Below are positions 21,477-33,329 of a stretch of 64,000 nt of DNA, one piece after another (the stretch's first letter is position 1; each line of letters starts with the position of its first letter). The DNA lies in contig NC_086124.1 of the NCBI RefSeq assembly GCF_963921235.1, positions 23,870,001-23,934,000 on the forward strand. The letters run 5' to 3'. Made by a program: the position numbers and the translations under genes. The notes under the pieces are model-generated. The model searched no databases. It was not told the origin of the DNA and was given only the letters and a program-made list of their open reading frames with translations. This DNA comes from Mobula hypostoma (Eukaryota).

Positions 21477-23533
21477 GAGTAGACACTGCAGGTTCGCAGC
21501 AGCAAGTCACGTCACAGTTGTATAAAACTTTGGATGGGGTGCACTTGGTTTAACTGTGTGCATTTCAGGCCATCCCATTACAGGAAAGATGCGGAGGAGT
21601 GGAGGTTACAGAGAAAATAGAACACATCACAGATCAGAACAGGCTGTTCGGCCCACAATAGAATTTGGAAGGTTCGGGGCAGGAATCTCATTGAAACCTT
21701 TCAAATGTTGAAAGGCCCAGACAGAGCAGATGTGGGAAGGATGTTTCCCATGGTAGGGGAAGTCTAGGACAAGAGGGCACAGCCTCAGGATAGAGGGGCG
21801 TCCATTTAAAACAGAGATGTGGAGAAATTTCTTCAGCCAGAGGCTGGTGAATTTGTCGAATCTGTCACCTGTGGAGGCCAGGTCGTTGGGTGCATTTAAG
21901 GAAGAACTTGATAGGTTCTTTATTGGACTCGGCATCAAAGGTTACGGGGAGGGGGCTGTTGGGGGGGCGGGATCAGCCATGATTGTGTGGCAGAGCAGAT
22001 TTGATGGGCCAAATAGACTAATTCTTCCCCCATGTGTTATGATGTTATGTTATGTCCAGCTATTTACCTACTCTAAGTTTAATCCAACCCTTCCCTCCCA
22101 CATTGCCCTCCATTGTTCTATCATCCATTTGCCTGTCCAAGAGTTTCTTAAATGTCCCCAAAGTATGTGTGTCCACTACCACCCCTGCTGAGGCGTTCCT
22201 TGCACCCACCACTCTCTGTGTGAAAAATCTACCTCCGACATCCCCTCTATACTTTCCTCTAATCACCTTAAAATTGTACCCCATCATATTTGCCATTTCC
22301 GCCCTGAGAAAAAGCCTCTGGCTGTCCACTCTATCGATGCCTCTTGTCGTCTTGCACACCTCTATCAGGTCACCTCTCATCCTCCTTTGCTGCGGAGAGA
22401 AAAGCCCCAGCTTGCTGAACCTGTCTTCATAAGACATGCTCTCTAATCCAGGCAGCATTCTGGTAAATCTTCTCTGCACCCTCTCTAAATGAAATGGCCT
22501 GAACTGAACACAATACTTCAAGTGTGGTCTAACTGGAGTTCTGTGATGAAACATTATCTGATGGATCTGAAACTTAATCATCCGACTGATGACGGCCAAC
22601 ACTCCTTACACTTTCTTCACCATCCTGTCGGCTTGCTACTGACTTTCAGGCATCTACGGGCTCCGTCTCTGTTCCTCCACACTGCTAAAAGTCCTGACAT
22701 AAACTCTGCCTTCAAGTTCAACATTACAAAGTGAGTCATTTCACACTTTTCTGAGTGGAACTCTGAGGTGTCAGAGTTCAGTGAATCACCGATGACAGAG
22801 GCTTTGGAGAGGGTGGAGAAAAGGGGGCAAGTACGACTCAAGGGTTGAAACGGCGTCTAGATGGGCACGGGATAGAGGCACAGGAGCAGTATGACATGGT
22901 CTGCCAGCATCGGCAACGACCTCATCTCTCTGGCTGTGAAACTGCAGAGGACCCTGCCACCACCGGACTCTCATCACAACGACAACAGCTGTTTACAGTT
23001 TACTGTTTACTGTTTACTGTTTACCTCTGTTGAGCGCTACACCGACATTGAATTATACTTATAAGCTTACCTGTGGCAATATTTTGTGTCATGCGCTGTG
23101 TGTCATGCATATTTTGTATGTTTCCGTAGTCCCGGGGAACAATGCTTCGTTTGATCGTATATATGTACCGCCAGATAACAAATGTGAACTTGAGAAGGAG
23201 AAAGGATAAGTGACGCGTAGAAGTTAAATATATCATGCACTGCGTGATTGTTGACTGGAAATCGTTGTCATACAGACTCATAGATGGTGATAGAAAGGAG
23301 CATCTGAAAATATCTGGACGGACACAAACCCAAGCGGAGGGTCGGGACAGGTGTATTTACCTATGACAGGATTGTGTTGAAAACAGAGTCAAACCACTTT
23401 TTCCCGTGTGGCAATCCTAAACACCAGAGAGTATGGAATTAAAGTGAAAAGGAGGATATTTCAAAGGAGTCTTACAGTGCAAACTCTTCCACACAAGGGT
23501 GATGGATTCTAGGAACGCGTTGTCGGGATAAAC
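21477..23533. repeat. Convergent CR1 fragments plus LINE tail block (paralog of 4892-6961)
   Basis: Shared ORFs: 5605..6033 vs 22060..22602, and 6444..6707 vs 23021..23281. Confidence 0.9.
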
Positions 23534-24004
23534 GGTGCGGGTAGTTTGTAACTGCAGCGAATACGCGATGTTTAGATTGGTTGACAAGTGAATTGTGTAA
23601 TATCCACTATATGGCGGCGCATGAGGTTAGTTTAAAATGTTTGGATAAGAATTCAGAACTGGCGGTGTTGTGCATGTTGAGGAAATTTCTCGAAAGATCC
23701 TGCACTATGTATGCCAATTGGGTATTTGGGAAGAAACTTGCAAGATGAAGTTAATCCGGAATCAGTGGCCTTCTACACACTGTGCGTGGGGTGAGGTTAA
23801 ATGCAATCATAAAATATTTATTGAATGGACTGGATGCTTGGAAGCTTTAATGAACAATAGGAACTTGGTCTGGACCTCCATGTCTTTCTGAATGTAACAT
23901 GGCACGGAGAGATGTTGGTAAAGAAGGAGTAAGCATCCTTCTGTTAAATGGTGGTATCTTAAGTGATGTTCAGTAAGTCATGCAGCAACTGCGTGAATAA
24001 TTGA

Positions 24005-24445
24005 ACGTCGATATCTCCGACTTTCAGTTCACTTTCTTCTATTTTCCATTACTTTAATTCTCCGCTCTTCCCCCACCTAGTTCCTCTCTCTTCTCCACTG
24101 CACATTTCCTCCGCTTACTGCCCCTTCCCTCTCTCCTGTGATCCACTCGCTTTTCCGATCTGATTCCTTCTTCTGCTATTTGTCTTCCACTTACTACCTC
24201 CTTACCATGCTTCACACCACTCTCGTATTCATTACTTTAACTGCCACTTTCTAGTCTGTACACATTCCCCTCTGTCCACCTTATTACTCTGATTTCTTTC
24301 CTCTTCCTTTCCAGGTTCGATGAAGTTTCCGGAAAACTCGACTGTTTATTCATTTATATAGATCCTGCCTGAGCTAATAAGCTCCCGACCATTTTGCATG
24401 CGTTGCTGAGGATGTTTAGCATCTGCAAAATCTCTTGGCTGCGGA
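24005..24445. mobile_element. Penelope-like element terminal fragment
   Basis: Pyrimidine-rich stretch followed by a degenerate gatgaag...gactgtttattc...gcatctgcaaaatctctt terminus typical of fish/shark PLE pseudo-LTRs. Confidence 0.55.
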
Positions 24446-24855
24446 AATAATTGTTTTGGCACATTTGGACCGTCGTTCATTTGGCCTTCTAAGCATCACT
24501 TAAACAGAGTATTGATTATTGATTCTTTGATTCCATTACTGGGCCAGACAGCCCTGTTTCCCATAGTTCTTGAGAGACAAACAGAATGATAGAATGCGGC
24601 ACACAACTGCTGATATTTATTGCGCGACATAGAAGCCAGTCGTTTTTACTGGAGCGGAAAGTTGAGGGAGGAAGTTTCATTTTAAGAGTATCTTATTTTT
24701 CTTATTTATCGATACAGCAGGGTAGCAGGGGTTTCCACCAGAACCTTCACGTCTTTGCAATGTGTATGCAACAGAGGCATCTGGAGTAAATCTCCGCCGT
24801 CGCCGATAGATCGTACAAAATTCATAGAGGCGGCTGTAGGGACTGAAATCGCGCC

Positions 24856-26912
24856 TCAGGCGCTTTGAAGCATTGTGCGAACCACTACGCTACGTTTAAT
24901 TGGTGGACTTAGTTTCCCATTAGCTTGTCTCACTAGGTGAGAGAATGGAGATTTCAACACCTCCCGCATCTGCTCCCTGAACTTCTTCTGGGTCAAGGCG
25001 TAAAGAGCCGTGTTTGTGCAGCAGCTCAGTAGCTGCAGCATGTAGCCCAGCTCCCTCATGGTCGAAGGTGGTAACGAGACATACATCAGATATGATAAAC
25101 GAAAAAAATATGATCGTATCCACACAGTGTGCACAACCAGAAGCACCCACAACACGATGAAATTCGCCGACACGACCAACAGTAAAATGAGCGACTTCCT
25201 CCGGCTTTGCATCTCCGGGTCTTTGGAGCTATCCCCATTGCTGTGATTCCGGAGTCTCCTCCGAGATCTGCTCGCCACTACCACGTGTCTGATGGTCAAA
25301 GCATTGAGCAGCAGAATAACCACAAACGGGATCACAGGCGTCAGAAGGAAGCTGCAAGACTCGACTACTGTCCAGGCAACTGAGAACAGAACACCGTCTC
25401 TTCCGTGGCAAAACCAAGGGACGTTATTAAACTGGTAGTGTCCTGAGAGCAAAAAATACCAGAAAATGTTCTTTAAACAGCTCAGGGCGGCCACAGTCCA
25501 CAGAACAACAGCCGCAGTTCTCTCGGTGCAGTATTTAGCTTTCAGATTCTGGTAGCGAATAGCCACAAATCGGTCGAAGGTGAACATGACGGTGAACCAG
25601 ACGGAGCAGTCGTTAGCTGTGTAACGTAGGACGGCGTGGATATTACACACGGGGATGTTCATCAGGAATATAAACGCTTTCCAAAAAACAATAGGAATCT
25701 GCCTCAATACCAGGTCGAAGACAACAACGAGAAGATCCGCCATTGCCATGGCCATCAAGTAACGAGCGACGCCTTTCGAAAGACCGCACTTTCCCTGGGA
25801 CAGGACCACAATCGTCAGCACGTTCACTATTGGGATTGAAAGAAACACAAGCATGTTTGTGGCCAGGAATAATGTCAGCACAGTCACAGACAGGAAATAT
25901 GGAAACATGTTTTTGAAGCCAGAATTGAAGACTGCAGTTTTCCAGCATCAGCGATGTCTGCTGCTGACGAGGATTATAGCTCAGTGAAGTCGACAAAGAA
26001 CTGGAAAATAACTTCACAACGCCAAACAACGAACAGCTGAGAAAATGTGCTCTCGGATTTCGGTGAAGATGAATTTGAAATAGGGCTCGAAATTGGTCAT
26101 TGAATTGGAATTGCTTTACTATTACGGAAGTGGAATAACAAGGGCACAGGGAAACACGCGTCTCCACAATGTGCATACAGATCAATTCTTTACTCAGTGC
26201 TTTGAGGCGTGACGTAATAACAGTTCAGGCTCTCCGGCTTCTTCTGCTGGTCTTTTATATTTCGGAAGCCATCCATTTTAAACTACAGTCCAAATTGGGA
26301 GTTCGGTATCTAAAGCTGCAAGGGACACTTACTCAGTTGAAAATTTTAAACGCCAGCTCAGAAGATCTTTATTTAACCTTGATTTTAACTGGAATTATTT
26401 TTCTGCTCTTTTCATGTTATTTCTGTTTGTATTATAAAAGCACATTAAAACTTCGTCTATTTGTAAAGTGCTCTAATTATTATTATTGTTATTATTATTA
26501 TTTTTATTTTTGCTGTTTTTGTTGTTGTGATTGTTGTTGTTTAAAGAAAACAAAACGGGGAGATAAATGTTATTGACCGAATATGTCAATGTATTACAGG
26601 TTCATCATCAAAATTTCCGTTAGTGAGCAGATGGACCGCGTTAACTGGAAAATGTCATTAAATTCCTACCTATCAAATCTCTTTACAGGAACCCGTGATC
26701 ACTGCTTCTCCTTCTCTCGTCAGCAACTTACCGGGAAATGCAACCAAAGCGAGAACGGGATAGTAGATGGGCTGAATTGTCCGGAGTAAATACCAGATCC
26801 GTATGTCTGCTGGTATCCAAGCGTCATTCGAAAAAATATAGGGAGCCAGGCTGAAGACACCCTTCCCTGTCCCTGCAACATTCCATGGTCCTATTTCTCG
26901 TTCCTGAGCCAT
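24856..26912 (-). CDS. gpr139-like: GPR139/GPR142-family class A GPCR, two exons (26732-26912 and 24856-25826), 383 aa, intact
   Basis: Exon 1 MAQEREIG...IYYPVLALVAFP ends at G|gtaagt. Exon 2 follows tttctttcaatcccaatag. The phase-1 join gives FP-V-NVLTIVVLSQ (human GPR139: [22 protein letters not shown]). 7TM motifs: ADLLV, DRFVAI, TM5 Pro, WFC, CTNTALY. Confidence 0.9.
26476..26540. repeat. (TTA)n/(GTT)n microsatellite in the GPCR intron
   Basis: Read directly. Longer pure (TTA)n in the paralog at 49162-49194. Confidence 0.85.
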
Positions 26913-27104
26913 TGCACCTCACTGTTCCCAGATTCCAATCGGTGACCGGCGATTCGCACGCTGCACATCTAACCGTTCACGTAAAATTCCACTTTGATGT
27001 TCTCAGTTCCCCAATTATTGTCTTCCCCTGTCGAGCCACTGCGGTCCGTGTGTGACGGAGGGGTTGCTCTCGCTAACGCTATGAACCTTAATCGAGAGGA
27101 GCAA

Positions 27105-27113
27105 TTTTAAATA
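27105..27113 (-). promoter_or_regulatory. Candidate TATA-like box (TATTTAAAA) for the GPCR gene
   Basis: About 190 nt upstream of the ATG and conserved at 49790-49798. No TSS data. Confidence 0.3.
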
Positions 27114-28148
27114 GAGCTGCTAATCCCCCAGTGACACAACCAGGCTCCATACTGGCTGACGTTAATTAACATACATCTACGGTTAACCCCTTTGAATCCG
27201 GATCTCGGGTGCAAAAGGTAAAACGAACTTTTAAACAGGGTGGTGATGTCCGGGATATATGTCCACCGATCCCGGACATTCGTTCTGCATCATCTAGCAG
27301 GACACAGAATAGTTGCAAGCACGTACCATCAGGCTCAGTAACAGCTTCAATCACCACATTATTAAAATATTCAACCCTTCCACCTGACGATTAGATGGAC
27401 TCTTGATATTGCAATCTGCCTCGCTCTGACTTTGCAATTTGTTGTTCCCCTGCGCCGCACTTTTTCTGTAACTGCAGCACTTTATTCTGCATTCTGTCAT
27501 TGTATTACCCGGAAATCAATGCACTGAGGCAATGATTCTTTTTTTTTGAATCAGGAGTATGTAAAACAAGGTTGTTTTCTTTTCCCAGCATCGGCAAATA
27601 CAGTTAAGTCCCGTGTACCATCAGTGTCTCATCGGGCAGGATGCTGCGCAGCGTCCTCACCAGGACCAGCAGTATCTAAAACAGTTACTTTCTCCAGGCA
27701 GTAACTGATCGACACTTATACCGACCAACACATTCCACCATCTCCCCCTCCCACCCAACACCACTACTTTATCATTTCCTATCAGTAAACATGTGAACAG
27801 CCCTTAGAGTCACTTTGTAGACATATCAATCTCTGAATATAAACTATTTATGCATTTATATTTATTGTCCTTTTTATTCCTGTGCTCTTTGCCCTATTGT
27901 GTTTTTTGGCGCTGCAATGGATCCGGAGCAACAACTGTTTCGTTCTCCTTTGCGCTTGTGTAATGGAAATAATATTGAACAATTTTGAATCTTGAATAAA
28001 AAGCCCATTTACGAATTGAACACTCTGCAGTGTGATGGATCAATCGGTTAGGGAGCGGCCTGCAGCTTCTGATGAAAGACTCAGAGGGGATCCTTTCTTT
28101 CGACGGGAGGAGGGTGAGGGAAACCTTGCAACTTTGCTCCAGTTAATC

Positions 28149-28156
28149 TGACGTCA
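28149..28156. promoter_or_regulatory. Full CRE palindrome TGACGTCA upstream of the GPCR
   Basis: 1.24 kb upstream of the ATG and conserved at 50834-50841. Motif match only. Confidence 0.25.
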
Positions 28157-28319
28157 CTGCGTCGGCGATGAAGGAGTGGATCATGTTGTATCGGGTGAGT
28201 GACAATTCGGAAATTATGCGGTCGAAATTGCTTTATCTATGAAAGGGATTTGGAGCAAATCTGTATTAAAGTTCAACATATAATAAATCCCGTTTAAACT
28301 CCCATCTACTGGACTGAAA

Positions 28320-28745
28320 CAATGACAACAAAGACAGACTGTTGGAGGAGCTCGGCAGGTCAGGCAACCGATATGAAAGTGAATAAACAGTGGACGTTTC
28401 CGGTCGAGACCATTCATCAGGACCGAAGAGGAAGGAGGCACACGCCAGAGTGAAATGGTGGGGAAGGCGATAAGGAATACAGATTGGTGCGTCATATTTG
28501 TGGCGAAGTGAGCGGGTAAATGGATGGGTGGGGAAGAGGAATGAAGTAAAGACGTTGTAGTTGATAGTTGGAACAAATAAGGCAAGAGAAGAAGGAATCT
28601 GATAAGAGAGGGGAATAGACCATGGGGGAAACTGAAGGAGGTGGTCACAAGGGGGAGGTGATCTGCTTGTGAGGGAATGAAGGAAGAGTGGTGTCAGAAT
28701 GGATAATTGAATAAAAGGGAAGGGCAGCGGAGAAAATTATCGGAA
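28320..28745. mobile_element. Penelope-like terminal fragment (opposite orientation to 24005-24445)
   Basis: ctgttggaggagctcggcaggtcaggca...aataaacagtggacgtttccggtcgagacc...catcagg. Paralog 51010-51425. Confidence 0.55.
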
Positions 28746-29883
28746 AACATTAAAACATTGACATTTTTCTTTTTTGCACCTACCATATCAAAAATACTTC
28801 CAGGATTAAACCGTTTGGTACATCTGATGTGTTGCGTTCGGATCACATCGCAGGAAAATATAAGCTAGCCTACCAATATTTCGTCATAACCTGCAAGCCA
28901 ACAGATTGCCCAGAGATTCTCCTCCGCACTGCTTTCAATCATCCTGTACGTTGGTGACCAGAATTACCCACAGTACTCTAAAAGCGGGCAACGTAATGCT
29001 ATGCACATGAGAGTGGTGTTGTTTAAAGGAACCGCTTTGACTGAATAGTGGAGAAGTCCTGTTGGGCAGAATAGCTTCATTATGATGTTATAATTTGTGG
29101 GTTCAATACCTCACCCTGGGTCCCTTTCACTTTCCAGTTTTACCCTTTATGCTCACAGGTACGCCCTGTCCTTCGCCTGTTGATCACTCTGTTAACACTC
29201 TCTCACTGGCCGTCTCTTCTTTCCGTTCGACTGCTGCTAGTTCTCGACGAAATGTCTGGATATTATCCCTGCTCTAGTTTATGGCCACAACACTGTGAAC
29301 CTTCATCGCTATTCGCGCCTGTGTTTCCTTTTCTCACAACTCTCCACCCTCTCTATCCTTACCCTCTCTCCTTATCCCTGTCTCTCACTCTCTCTCTCTC
29401 TCTCGCTGTACTCCAGACCCCTTTGCTGCGTTGGCATCCATTGTGCGCACAACAGACAGCAGTACAAATGGAGTTCTATGTTGAGGGATGGGTGTTTACA
29501 GCGGCGGTGTGGAGAGGACCGTTTACGCGCCGGACTCTAGTGCACTAGGGGCAGTTTTCGGATGTGTCTGTACAGACCGGACTAGTTAACGATGAAATTT
29601 CTTTTGACACACCTGCCAATGGAAAACATACTTCCGTGATTAATCCCGTCTGAACATTTCGTCAACGGATGTATTTCCTTCGGATCACCTTGCACGGAAA
29701 TTACAATCAACCTGTCCAGTAGAGAGAGTCGTGGAGTAATAGAAAAGAACAGCACAGAAAAAGACACTTCGGCCAATCTAGTCTGAGCCGAACCAATTAA
29801 ACTTCTTCTCCCCTCGACCTACACGCGTATCACAGCCCTCCCTAACCCAGGCATCCGTTTATGTATCCAAGCGTCTCTCAGAT

Positions 29884-31060
29884 CAGAGGTCCCCAACCAC
29901 CGGGCCGCAAAGCACGTGCTACCGGGCCGCGAGGAAACCTTTCCTCATTCCCTGTCACGTACTGTTGAGCCATTACGCATGCGAGGTCATTAACCGCGCT
30001 TCATCCATGTCAGCGCGGGAGGGAGATCAATTCCCCGAGCTTGCAAATGACGGCAGGCTGAAAAGTATGTTTGACATAACATCTCAGCCGACATTCTGGA
30101 TCAAAGTCAAGGCTAAATAACCTGAGATAGCCAGGAAAGCACTGAAAACGCTGCTTCCATTTCCAAAATTCTCTGCGAAGCGGGCTTTTCTGCAATGAAT
30201 GCAACGAAAACCAAATTGCGGAATAGACTGGACTTAAGGAACCACCTTCGGGTATCGCTGTCTCCCATCACCCCTCGACAGGACCGTCTCCTTGCAGGGA
30301 AACAAGTCCAAGGCTCCCACTGTTTCAGCGATATCGGTGTGTTGCAATGATTCGATATATTCATACGGGGAAAGTATGGGTTCTGTGTTTAATATCCAAA
30401 CGTTACTTAAAATCTCATGATGCTATTGACTTATATAAGCATATAACACTTACAGCACAGAAACAAATCACCTCTGCCCTTCTAGTCCGTGCCGAACGCT
30501 TACTCTCACCTAGTCCCAACGACCAGCACTCAGCCCACAACCTTCTATTCCTTTCCTGTCCATATATCTATCCATTTTTTTCTTTAAATGATAATATCGA
30601 ACCTGCCTCTACCACTTCTATTGGAAGTTCGTTCAACACTTACTTCAAGCTCCCCTGTACTCCTCTGATAATTGATTTAACACTATATTCATGCGAGGAA
30701 AATATGCACTGTGTGTTTAATATTAAATTCGCCAGATAAACCCTTTTCGAAAGGAAATTGAGTGTATTAGGCCCTTATTACCGATATTCCGGACGTGGTT
30801 CTCCCGCACCGCCGAACAGAATCGCCAAAAGCAATTTGTCGGGGATAAAAAATCGTCACGTAAACGCATTCGCACTGGTGCCCGCGCAAGGCTTCATTGT
30901 CATTGAAGTCTTTTTCGGGTAAACCCAACGTATTTGTCTGCTACTCCTGTCCGTTGGCAATCCTACCCACCACCACCACCCCCGCCCCCTGGTCGGCCGG
31001 TCCGCAAGAATATTGTCAATATTAAACCGGTCCGCAGTGCAAAAAGTTTGGGGACCCCTG
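29884..31060 (+). mobile_element. hAT Charlie/Buster-type non-autonomous element (~1.18 kb)
   Basis: TIRs cagaggtcccc and ggggacccctg. Internal transposase C-terminal remnant FWIKVKA..PEIA.KALKTLLPFP...LCEAGFSAMN. Confidence 0.8.
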
Positions 31061-31767
31061 ATCGATTGTAGTGCTTTGCTGTTTGAAAGAAGATTCCAGG
31101 AAGTGAGTACAAGCTCGAACGGCCTTAAAGTGAAACAGTTTAGAGGCGGTGCGCCAGCCAATGATAGACTCCATTTCGCCGATTAAAGCATCGAGGACGA
31201 TTGAAATCAAGGCGAGTGCAGAAAGTGAGTGAGGGTTTAGCACTGACTGCTGTTTGATCGCAGGGACGGATCTCTCTGTTGTCAGATGAGTTGTGTAGTA
31301 CCTTTCACTCACTGTTGCCGGAGGGTAGGCCTCTGTGTTTCAGTGCTTTCTCTATCTCTATCTCTCGACGTTGCTCAGAGGATATTACCGGGGCTCTGCA
31401 TTTATGGACTGGTCTATGGAGTTGTTCAATCTTATGATGTTTATACTCTGTGTTTTCGTCAGTTATTTCTCGTTATTATGTGGCGTGTTGTGTTAGTTCT
31501 TTGTGTGAGCGAAAGGAGTTTGGGGTTTGATGTTCTTGTTCTTGATAGCTTTTTTGTGTGGTGTAGGTGTTGATGTTTATCTTTCAAACCTTTTCATGCA
31601 TTTCTTTATAATGTGGCTATCTGGAGAAAACAAATCTCAGAATTGCATACTGAGTACATAATTTAATAATAAATAAAGCTATGAACGATTGTTGATGCCT
31701 GACGGGGCGATTTGGGTATCTCAGAGAATGTTGAACTCATGGGATTATCAGGCACGAGTCTCCAGAG

Positions 31768-32960
31768 CAGGGGTCTGCAATCTTTTTTTGCACTACGGAC
31801 CGGTTTAATATTGACAATAATCTTGCGGACCGGCCGACCGGGGCGCCGGGCGGGTAGGGTTGCCAACGGTCAAGAGTAGCAGTCAAGTACGTTGTGTTCA
31901 CCCCGAGAAAGATTTCAATCACCATGAAGCCTTGTGCGGGCACCAGTGCGCATGCATTTACGTGCAGATGTTTTTTTCCCTACAAATTCTTTTTGGCGAT
32001 TCTGATCGGGGGATTGGGGGTTTGTTAACCAAGACTGAAATATCGGTAATAACAGCCTAATACACACAACTTTCCTTCTAAAAGGGTTAATCTAACGAAC
32101 TTAATATTAAATACACAGGGCATATTTTCCTCACATGAATATAGTGATAAGTCAATTATCAGGGGAAGACAGGGGAGCGTGAAGTAAGTGTTGAACGAAC
32201 TTCCAGTAGAAGTGGTAGAGGCAGGTTCGATATTATCATTTAAAGAAAAATTGGATGAGTGTATGGGTAGTAAAGTAATTGCGGGTTGTGGGCTGAGGGC
32301 AGATCGGTGGGACGAGGTGAGAGTAGCGTTCAGAGCGGGCTAGAAGGGCAGAAATGGCCTGTTTCCGTGCTGTAATTGTTATATGGTTATATAAGTCAAT
32401 AGCTTCGTAGCATTTTAAGTAACGTTTGGATATTAAACACACAGCACATATTTTCCCCGTGTAAACATATAAAATCATTGCAACACACCGATATCGCTGA
32501 ATCAGTGGGAGCCTTGGACTTGTTTCCCTGCAAGGAGACGGTCCTGTCGAGGGGTGATGGGAGACAGCGATACTCGAAGGGGGTTCCTTATTTCCAATCT
32601 ATTCAGAAATTTAGTTTTCGTTGCATTCATTGCAGAAAAGCCCGCTTCTCAGAGATATTTTGGAAATGGAAGTAGTGTTTTCAGTGCTTTCGTGGCTATC
32701 TCAGGATATTTAGCCTAGGCTTTGGTCCAGAATGCCGGCAGAGATGTTATGTCAAACATACTTTTTACCCCGCTGTCTATTGCAAGCTCGGGGAGTTGAT
32801 CTCCTTCCCGCGATGACATGGACGATGCACAGTTAATGACCTCGCATGCGTAATGGCTCAACAGTGCGTGACAGGGAATGAGGAAAGGTTTCCCCGCGGC
32901 CCGGTAGCACATGCTTTGCGGCCAGGTACCGGTCCGCGGCCTGGTGGTTGGGGACCGCTG
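31768..32960 (-). mobile_element. Second copy of the Charlie-type element, inverted
   Basis: Starts caggggtc and ends ggggaccgctg. Same internal transposase remnant on the minus strand (ORF 32715..33215 C-terminal part). Confidence 0.8.
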
Positions 32961-32989
32961 GCCAAAATAAAATTCTGGTGAGCGGAGGG

Positions 32990-33212
32990 GAATCTGCACG
33001 TAAACGCATGTGCACTGCTCCGCGCGCAAGGCTTCATGGATATTGAAGTCTTTCTCGAGGTAAACACAACATAGTTGACTGCTATTCTTCTCCGTTGGCA
33101 ACCCTACTCCCCACAACCAACCGCCCCGCCCCCCCCCCCCGCCCACAGCGGTCGGCAAGAATATTGTCAATATTAAACCGGTCCACAATGCAAAAAAAAT
33201 TGGGGACCCCTG
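32990..33212 (+). mobile_element. Truncated right end of a third Charlie-type element
   Basis: Ends in ggggacccctg followed by cattaatccttac, the same flank as at 7300. Confidence 0.7.
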
Positions 33213-33329
33213 CATTAATCCTTACTCTTTTTTTCCTCTCTGCCGACCAATTTTCTATTCCTGTCAGTACCCTACCCCCAACGCCATTTACTCTAATTTT
33301 GCACACTAACCTCTATGTGGCTTTCTGAA

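Larger units (their letters stand above)
7301..33212. repeat. Segmental duplication unit 1 (~25.9 kb)
   Basis: Collinear with 33213-54281 and 54282-64000. Order: CR1 block, hAT transposase, Rex1, Ig C1 exon, CR1/SINE block, GPCR, Charlie cluster. GPCR offset 22,675; C1 exon offsets 24,635 and 21,836. Confidence 0.95.
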
